Positions 24,678-30,488 of a stretch of 30,488 bases of DNA are shown here, one piece after another (position 1 is the first letter of the stretch; each line of letters begins with the position of its first letter). The notes below the pieces were generated by a model, which was given only the letters and a program-made list of their open reading frames with translations, ran no database searches and was not told where the DNA came from. Source of the DNA: an uncultured Chlorobiales bacterium (GTDB lineage Bacteria; Bacteroidota; Chlorobiia; Chlorobiales; Thermochlorobacteraceae); assembly GCA_937959145.1 (NCBI GenBank), contig CALGMC010000011.1, forward strand, positions 1 through 30,488, in the 5' to 3' direction. A program made the translations under genes and the position numbers.

Positions 24678-27600
24678 ATGTCGGAAGAAAAAAAATATAA
24701 ACTTACAGAGATTGCGGAAGAATTACGAGTCGCGGCGACCGAAGTCCTCGAATTTCTCAGAAGTGAGGGTGTGAAAGTTGCCTCAGCGTCGTCTAAGGTT
24801 TCGGAGGCAGTGCGCAACCTCATTTATGATAATTACAGCGAGGAAAAAGAAAAAAGTGAGTCGCTCCGTCAGAAAAAAGCGATGGAGGAAAAAAAGCGCA
24901 AAGGAATAAGCAGTGTGGCGTCCAAATCAACGGTCGGCATCAAAACCCCGGTAAAACCGCGCCGCACCCTTGAGCCGTCAGATGAGCCGAAGTCGGCTTC
25001 GACGCAATCCAGCCTACCGTCGGAATCAATTCCAACAAGCAAATTCATTGAAAGCGCGGAATCAATAAAGGCAGAGCCCGAAAGCACGGAAGTATCGACG
25101 GTGATTGAACCTGCCGAAGAGACTGCTCCTCTTCCCGAGCCAATCATGCAAGCACCGATAGAACCGCCTACTGAATCGGCGCAACAGGTTTCCAGCGAAT
25201 CACATACAGAAGTCGCTGAAATGCCTCTTCAAGCAGTCGCGACAGATATTGCGACAGAAGCTGTGAACGACGCAACACAAGATGCCGTTGAAACAGATTC
25301 TTCCGAAGAAACCGACGTCATAGAAGGGGCGGCAGAAGAAACCGCTGATGCTGAACACGATGAGGTGTCGGAAGTGCAGACAGAACAAAGCACGGAACTA
25401 CAACGACAAATTCGTCAAGAGCAGGCGGATATTGGCTCGCGCTACGGGTCGTCGGAAAACAAAGGTGGGTTGAAAGTGCTCGGCGAAATTGATTTGGTCA
25501 AAAAGAAACGCAAGCGTAAGAAGAGTTTTGGACAACAAGCCAGAGACTTGACTGTCAAAACAGAGCCTATAGTGCCGACCACCGAAGCCAAACCGATTCA
25601 AGCCAAAGGGCAAGCGCAACCGCCGCCAAAGCAACCCGTCGCCAAAGCCGATGCACCCGCCACATTTTCAACCGACGCGCCGCCGCCTCAAAAGCGAACA
25701 ATGCGCGAAGAACAGCTGGCGAAAATCGCCGAAGAAAAAGCGGCGAAGAAGAAAAAGAAATTCGACGTCGATGAAAAAACGCTGGAGCGCAACATTCGCC
25801 AAACCATCATCAACATGGACGACGCGGGCGAAACTAATACGCGCTCAAAATTCCGCAAACTTCGTAAGCGCGAGCGTGAGGAACGCGAAGAATTAGCCTC
25901 TCAACAGCGCGACGCTGAAAACCGAATTATCAAACTGACGGAGTTCACCTCTACGCATGAATTTGCCGACCTCATCGGGGTTGCACCCAAAGACGTGATT
26001 GCCAAGTGCTTCAAGATGGGCAAATTCATCACCATCAATCAACGCTTGGATAAAGAAACGCTTGAACTGTTGGCGTTGGAATTTGAAAAAGAAATTCAAT
26101 TTGTGTCGGAGCATGAAGTAACCGACGCACTCATTGAGGAAGAACGCTCCCCCGAAGAGATTAAAACGCGCCCGCCTGTGGTTACGATTATGGGACACGT
26201 CGACCATGGCAAAACGTCACTTCTCGACTACATTCGCCGAAGCAATGTTGTTGCAGGAGAAGCGGGCGGAATTACGCAGCACATCGGCGCATATGAAGTA
26301 ACGCTTGAAAACGGACAGCAAATTACGTTTCTCGATACGCCCGGTCACGAAGCCTTTACGGCAATGCGCGCACGCGGCGCGGAAGTAACCGATATTGTTA
26401 TTCTCGTTGTTGCCGCCGATGACAGCGTCATGCCGCAGACCATCGAAGCGATTAACCACGCCAAAGCGGCAAATGTGCCGATTGTGGTCGCGCTCAACAA
26501 AATCGATAAGCCCGAAGCTAATCCCGATAAAATTCGAGCACAACTCTCGGAAAACGGCGTTACGGTCGAGGAGTGGGGCGGCGATGTGCAATGCCAAGAA
26601 ATTTCCGCCAAGAAAGGTGTCGGCGTCAGAGAACTTCTTGATAAAGTGCTTGCCCAAGCGGAACTGATGAATTTGACAGCGAACTTCCACCCGGAAAAAC
26701 TGCCCAAGGGCGTCGTGATTGAATCTGAACTTGATAAAGGCAAAGGCATTGTCGCGACGGTGCTGGTTCAAGATGGTATGCTGAAAGTCGGAGACCCGTT
26801 TGTCTGCGGCGTTTCAGCGGGTAGGGTCAGAGCCATGCTCGATGAGCGCGGTCGGCGATTAGAGACGGCTCACCCCTCTCAACCTGTTCGAGTTCTCGGG
26901 TTTGAAATGCAACCCGAAGCAGGCGATATTTTTGCCGTTACGCCCAGCGACCGTGAAGCGCGAGAAATTTCACAACGCCGACAACTCATTCGTCGCGAAC
27001 AAGAGTTCAGGCATAGCAGTCGCGTGCGGCTCAACGACATCGCCAAGCAAGCGCAAGAAGGTGGCATTAAGGAATTGCGCATTATCGTCAAAGCCGACGT
27101 CGGCGGCTCGATTGAGGCACTTTCAGACGGCTTGATGAAAATACAAACCGAAGAAGTCAAGGTTGAAATTATCCATCGGGGAGTCGGGCAAATCACCGAG
27201 AGCGACGTGCTCCTTGCCGCCGCCTCTGACGCCATCATCATCGGTTTCCGCGTGCGCCCGAACCTCAACGCCAAGAAACTCGCGGAACGCGAACAAATCG
27301 ATATTCGATTCTACACCGTTATTTATCACGCGCTCGAAGAAATCAAAGACGCGCTCGAGGGCATGCTTTCGCCTGAATTTGTCGAGGAAGTTACTGCAAC
27401 AGTTGAAATCCGCGAAGTCTTCCGCATTTCCAAGCTTGGCAATATCGCTGGCTGTAAGGTTCTTGACGGAAAAATTCGCCGTGATTCAAAAGTGCGCTTG
27501 CTTCGCGACGGCATTCAAGTTTTTGAAGGCAATCTTGCCTCACTCAAACGCTTCAAGGAAGATGTTAAAGAGGTCGACGCCGGATACGAGTGCGGGTTGA

Positions 27601-27695
27601 GCCTACAAGGCTACGACGACATTAAAGTCGGCGACATACTCGAAGCCTTCCAAATGGTTGAGACGAAACGCAAATTAGTAACCGAGCAGAACTAA
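24678..27695 (+). CDS. infB: Translation initiation factor IF-2
   Basis: GHVDHGKT, GGITQHIG, DTPGHEAF and NKID G-domain motifs, plus a long low-complexity N-terminus. Confidence 0.99.
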   Translation: MSEEKKYKLTEIAEELRVAATEVLEFLRSEGVKVASASSKVSEAVRNLIYDNYSEEKEKSESLRQKKAMEEKKRKGISSVASKSTVGIKTPVKPRRTLEPSDEPKSASTQSSLPSESIPTSKFIESAESIKAEPESTEVSTVIEPAEETAPLPEPIMQAPIEPPTESAQQVSSESHTEVAEMPLQAVATDIATEAVNDATQDAVETDSSEETDVIEGAAEETADAEHDEVSEVQTEQSTELQRQIRQEQADIGSRYGSSENKGGLKVLGEIDLVKKKRKRKKSFGQQARDLTVKTEPIVPTTEAKPIQAKGQAQPPPKQPVAKADAPATFSTDAPPPQKRTMREEQLAKIAEEKAAKKKKKFDVDEKTLERNIRQTIINMDDAGETNTRSKFRKLRKREREEREELASQQRDAENRIIKLTEFTSTHEFADLIGVAPKDVIAKCFKMGKFITINQRLDKETLELLALEFEKEIQFVSEHEVTDALIEEERSPEEIKTRPPVVTIMGHVDHGKTSLLDYIRRSNVVAGEAGGITQHIGAYEVTLENGQQITFLDTPGHEAFTAMRARGAEVTDIVILVVAADDSVMPQTIEAINHAKAANVPIVVALNKIDKPEANPDKIRAQLSENGVTVEEWGGDVQCQEISAKKGVGVRELLDKVLAQAELMNLTANFHPEKLPKGVVIESELDKGKGIVATVLVQDGMLKVGDPFVCGVSAGRVRAMLDERGRRLETAHPSQPVRVLGFEMQPEAGDIFAVTPSDREAREISQRRQLIRREQEFRHSSRVRLNDIAKQAQEGGIKELRIIVKADVGGSIEALSDGLMKIQTEEVKVEIIHRGVGQITESDVLLAAASDAIIIGFRVRPNLNAKKLAEREQIDIRFYTVIYHALEEIKDALEGMLSPEFVEEVTATVEIREVFRISKLGNIAGCKVLDGKIRRDSKVRLLRDGIQVFEGNLASLKRFKEDVKEVDAGYECGLSLQGYDDIKVGDILEAFQMVETKRKLVTEQN

Positions 27696-27719
27696 CGCCA
27701 TCACGGAATCTGAACAAGT

Positions 27720-28091
27720 ATGTCTATACGAACAGAGCGCGTTGCTGAACTCATACAACGCGAATTAGGAAACATCTTTCAGAAAGAATTGCCGCGCAAC
27801 GGCACACTGACAACCATCGTCGCCGTTAAAATTACGCCTGACCTCGCAATCGCGCGTGTTTATCTTTCTGTGTTAGGCGCGAAAGAACTCGCCCAATCTA
27901 TGCTGGGGCACATTAAAAAAGAGTCGAAGTTTTTTCGCAAGGAGCTCTCGAGCAAAATTCGAAATCAATTTCGGCAAATGCCCGAACTTGAATTTTATCT
28001 CGACGATGTCGCGGAAAAAGCCGCTCGCATCGAGGAACTCTTGAAAATCGCCAATGCGCAACCGAAAAGCACCGACAGCGCGACGCCGTGA
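27720..28091 (+). CDS. rbfA: 30S ribosome-binding factor A
   Basis: RTERVAELIQREL, TPDLAIARVYLS and PELEFYLD motifs. Confidence 0.96.
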   Translation: MSIRTERVAELIQRELGNIFQKELPRNGTLTTIVAVKITPDLAIARVYLSVLGAKELAQSMLGHIKKESKFFRKELSSKIRNQFRQMPELEFYLDDVAEKAARIEELLKIANAQPKSTDSATP

Positions 28092-28780
28092 TGCTTGAAC
28101 TCAACGACCTTTTCCTGATTGATAAACCGTTGGATTGGACTTCGTTTGATGTTGTCGCCAAAGTGCGCAACGCCTATTCAAAGCAACTTGGAAAAAAGTG
28201 CAAAGTCGGACACGCAGGCACCTTAGACCCGAAAGCCACAGGGCTGTTGCTCATCGCCGTCGGGAAAAAGACAAAAGAAATTTCTTCGCTCGAAGTGCTC
28301 GAGAAAGAATACACGGGCGAAATTAAATTAGGCGCGACCACGAAAAGCTACGACACCGAAACCAAAGAAGAGAACACTTGCGACGTATCGCATTTGAGCA
28401 GAGAAACATTGGAACAAACAGCCAAGTCGTTTCTCGGCAAACACATGCAATCGCCGCCGATGTATTCGGCAACGTGGCATCAAGGCAAACGGCTTTATGA
28501 ACTTGCGCGGCGTGGCGAAGAAGTTGAGCGCACGCCAAAGCCGATAGAAATTTTTGAATTCGACTTAACGCAGGTTCAACTGCCGATTGTCGCATTTCGG
28601 ATTGTGGTTTCAAAAGGCGCGTATATTCGCACGATTGCGCACGACTTCGGCGCAAAGTTAGGTGTCGGCGGCTATCTTCGTTCGTTGCGAAGAACGCGCG
28701 TCGGCAATTACAAAATTGAAGACGCATTGAGCATAGAGGCATGCGTAGAACTTATCAGAACTCGGAAGTTTGAGATATGA
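28091..28780 (+). CDS. truB: tRNA pseudouridine(55) synthase
   Basis: DKPLDWTSFDVV, GHAGTLDPKATG, PPMYSA and SKGAYIR motifs. TGATG coupling to rbfA. Confidence 0.97.
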   Translation: MLELNDLFLIDKPLDWTSFDVVAKVRNAYSKQLGKKCKVGHAGTLDPKATGLLLIAVGKKTKEISSLEVLEKEYTGEIKLGATTKSYDTETKEENTCDVSHLSRETLEQTAKSFLGKHMQSPPMYSATWHQGKRLYELARRGEEVERTPKPIEIFEFDLTQVQLPIVAFRIVVSKGAYIRTIAHDFGAKLGVGGYLRSLRRTRVGNYKIEDALSIEACVELIRTRKFEI

Positions 28781-29769
28781 CAGAGCGATACCATTTTCGT
28801 GACGGTGTTCTTTCACAATTTGATACTGATAATCCAAAGCCGTTTGAACGGAAAGCCTCTGCGGTTACGATTGGCACTTACGACGGCGTGCATCTGGGAC
28901 ATCGCGCGATTATTTCAACGCTTGTCTCTGACGCCAAAGCGCGTGGCTTACGCAGTGTGGTGATTACCTTTGAACCGCACCCGCGCCTCGTGCTTGGCAA
29001 AGCCAACGGCGCGCCAATTTTCCTGCTCTCGACGCTCGACGAAAAACTGAACGCATTAGAATCGCTCGGTGTCGACTGCGTGATGGTCATTCATTTCACG
29101 AAAGCGTTTTCAGAAACGCCCGCCGAAGCATTTGTCGAGAACGTGCTGGTGAAGCAAATCGGACTGGCGGAAATTGTCATTGGCTACGACCACATGTTCG
29201 GCAGAAATCGCGGCGGCTCATTTGAAACGCTTGCAATGCTTGCAGAGCGGCATCACTTCACCGTTAAGCAAATCCCCGAACAGAAAGTCGACGAGCATCA
29301 TCTTTCAAGCACGGCGATTCGTCGCTTTTTGGAAGCAGGAGAGATTGAAAACGCCAATAAACTGCTCGGCGCGCCGTATCAACTCTCGGCAGTCGTGGTT
29401 GAAGGCGATAAACGCGGACGCACGATAGGCTTTCCGACCGCAAACCTTCTGCCGCCTAACGCGAAATTGATTCCGAAACACGGCGTTTATGCGGTGGAAG
29501 TCAGCATCGGCGAAAAAACCTATCGCGCCATGATGAACATCGGCACGCGCCCAACGATTCAAGCCCAATCAGGCGTTTCGCTCGAAGTGCATTTGCTCGA
29601 TTTCAATGGTGATTTATACGGCAAATCGCTCACGGTTCGATTTCTCGCACGATTGAGAGACGAACAAAAATTTTCAAGTTTAGACGCGCTCAAAGCGCAA
29701 TTAGAACGCGATAAATACGCGGCGCAACGCCTTTTGTCGGAGTTCAGTGTCGCGAACACTGTCGCATAA
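28777..29769 (+). CDS. ribF: Bifunctional riboflavin kinase / FAD synthetase
   Basis: GTYDGVHLGH, GYDHMFG, SSTAIR, GRTIGFPTAN, NIGTRPT and EVHLLDF motifs. Confidence 0.97.
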   Translation: MTERYHFRDGVLSQFDTDNPKPFERKASAVTIGTYDGVHLGHRAIISTLVSDAKARGLRSVVITFEPHPRLVLGKANGAPIFLLSTLDEKLNALESLGVDCVMVIHFTKAFSETPAEAFVENVLVKQIGLAEIVIGYDHMFGRNRGGSFETLAMLAERHHFTVKQIPEQKVDEHHLSSTAIRRFLEAGEIENANKLLGAPYQLSAVVVEGDKRGRTIGFPTANLLPPNAKLIPKHGVYAVEVSIGEKTYRAMMNIGTRPTIQAQSGVSLEVHLLDFNGDLYGKSLTVRFLARLRDEQKFSSLDALKAQLERDKYAAQRLLSEFSVANTVA

Positions 29770-29824
29770 AACACAAGTAACGCAATCATTTTCAACAACT
29801 TTTCAAACATAATTTCAACTGCAA

Positions 29825-30094
29825 ATGCCTGTAACGAAAGAAAAAAAGTCGGAACTCGTCAAAAAATTCGGCTCAAATGAAGCCGATACCGGAAAGCCCG
29901 AAGTGCAAATCGCACTTTTGACTGAGCGCATTAACCACTTGACTGAACACTTGAAAACGCACAAGAAAGACAATCACACGCGCTACGGCTTGCTCAAACT
30001 CGTCGGCAAGCGCAAGCGTCTGCTTAACTACTTGACCAAAACAGACGTGCTTCGCTATCGTCAAGTCATTGCCGACCTCGATATTCGCAAGTAA
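29825..30094 (+). CDS. rpsO: 30S ribosomal protein S15
   Basis: [16 protein letters not shown] and [22 protein letters not shown], 89 aa. Confidence 0.99.
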   Translation: MPVTKEKKSELVKKFGSNEADTGKPEVQIALLTERINHLTEHLKTHKKDNHTRYGLLKLVGKRKRLLNYLTKTDVLRYRQVIADLDIRK

Positions 30095-30115
30095 TCCAAA
30101 CGCATTCACGATTTG

Positions 30116-30143
30116 AAAAGCCTCGACGACATCGAGGCTTTTT
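30116..30143 (+). terminator. Intrinsic terminator after rpsO
   Basis: AAAAGCCTCGA-CGACA-TCGAGGCTTTT perfect stem ending in a T-tract. Confidence 0.85.
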
Positions 30144-30183
30144 GTATCTTCACGCCCGTTTTTAATTCATTTAATCACAAGTT

Positions 30184-30488
30184 ATGTCGCTCCGAGCCGG
30201 AATTTTAGGGCTTCCAAATGTCGGGAAGTCAACGCTGTTTAATGCTATCACCGCCCAACAAGTCGACGCGCAGAATTATCCCTTTTGCACCATTGAGCCG
30301 AATGTCGGAAACGTCCCCGTGCCCGACCCCCGCTTGAAAGAATTAGCAAAAATCGCCAAGACAAACACGATTGTGCCTGCTGTGCTGGAAATCGTCGACA
30401 TTGCAGGCTTGGTGCGCGGTGCCTCCAAAGGCGAAGGACTTGGCAACAAGTTTCTCTCGCACATTCGCGAAGTCGACGCGCTGATTCA
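30184..30488 (+). CDS. ychF: Ribosome-binding ATPase YchF (3'-truncated by the window edge; absent from the ORF track)
   Basis: ATG 30184 gives [21 protein letters not shown]...[10 protein letters not shown]...[25 protein letters not shown]. Confidence 0.97.
   Translation, partial: MSLRAGILGLPNVGKSTLFNAITAQQVDAQNYPFCTIEPNVGNVPVPDPRLKELAKIAKTNTIVPAVLEIVDIAGLVRGASKGEGLGNKFLSHIREVDALI

Noticed and set aside
24678-25900. Long acidic/Pro-rich and Lys-rich low-complexity stretch in IF2
   Set aside because: Variable disordered N-termini are normal for IF2, and I found no exact tandem DNA repeat.
29790-29818. TTTCAA three times at 11-12 nt spacing upstream of rpsO
   Set aside because: Similar U/A/C-rich tracts precede several start codons here, so this looks like generic SD-less leader composition. 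I could not fold a convincing S15 autoregulatory structure.
30095-30183. rpsO followed by ychF rather than pnp
   Set aside because: A terminator separates them, and rpsO-pnp linkage is not universal.
3185-30464. Numerous antisense and alternate-frame ORFs in the track (e.g. 11402-11878, 16466-17008, 20418-20879, 26217-26771, 27123-27600)
   Set aside because: They are fully nested in well-supported genes and show no recognisable motifs, as expected for shadow ORFs.
1-30488. CRISPR arrays, IS elements, prophage genes, rRNA
   Set aside because: I saw no regularly spaced repeats, terminal inverted repeats, transposase/integrase/phage motifs or rRNA-like sequence.

Overview
A 30.5 kb bacterial chromosomal window, mostly housekeeping. 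The protein repertoire (T9SS C-terminal domain, DUF2480, ThyX, Bacteroidota/Chlorobiota-type NusA and TruB, near-absence of Shine-Dalgarno motifs) suggests the FCB group, probably a Chlorobiota (Chloroherpetonaceae-like) lineage. That assignment is an inference. Gene order: 3' end of pheS; an AT-rich islet holding a small unknown ORF and a frameshifted two-TM protein that the ORF track misses; DUF2283-like, YkgJ-like and coiled-coil genes; a minus-strand envelope operon (T9SS endonuclease I, UPF0104 flippase-like, GT2, polysaccharide deacetylase, GT2, EamA) with a MenA/MenT-like small protein plus nucleotidyltransferase pair embedded in it; two divergent ABC-F ATPases; tRNA-Met(CAT); a PlpD-type patatin-Omp85 protein; thyX; a REC-HisKA protein lacking the ATP-binding domain; a DGGGP-synthase-like UbiA prenyltransferase; an rrf2-iscS-iscU-iscA cluster followed by two uncharacterised genes, with a readable promoter and two IscR-type operators; and rimP-nusA-infB-rbfA-truB-ribF-rpsO followed by the 5' part of ychF. 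I found no integrase, transposase, CRISPR array or rRNA. The best leads are the embedded NTase TA-like pair, the frameshifted islet gene, the Rrf2 operators with a shared iscS/iscU leader motif, the Fe-S-linked unknowns and the CA-less kinase. All family calls come from motif recognition, not database searches.
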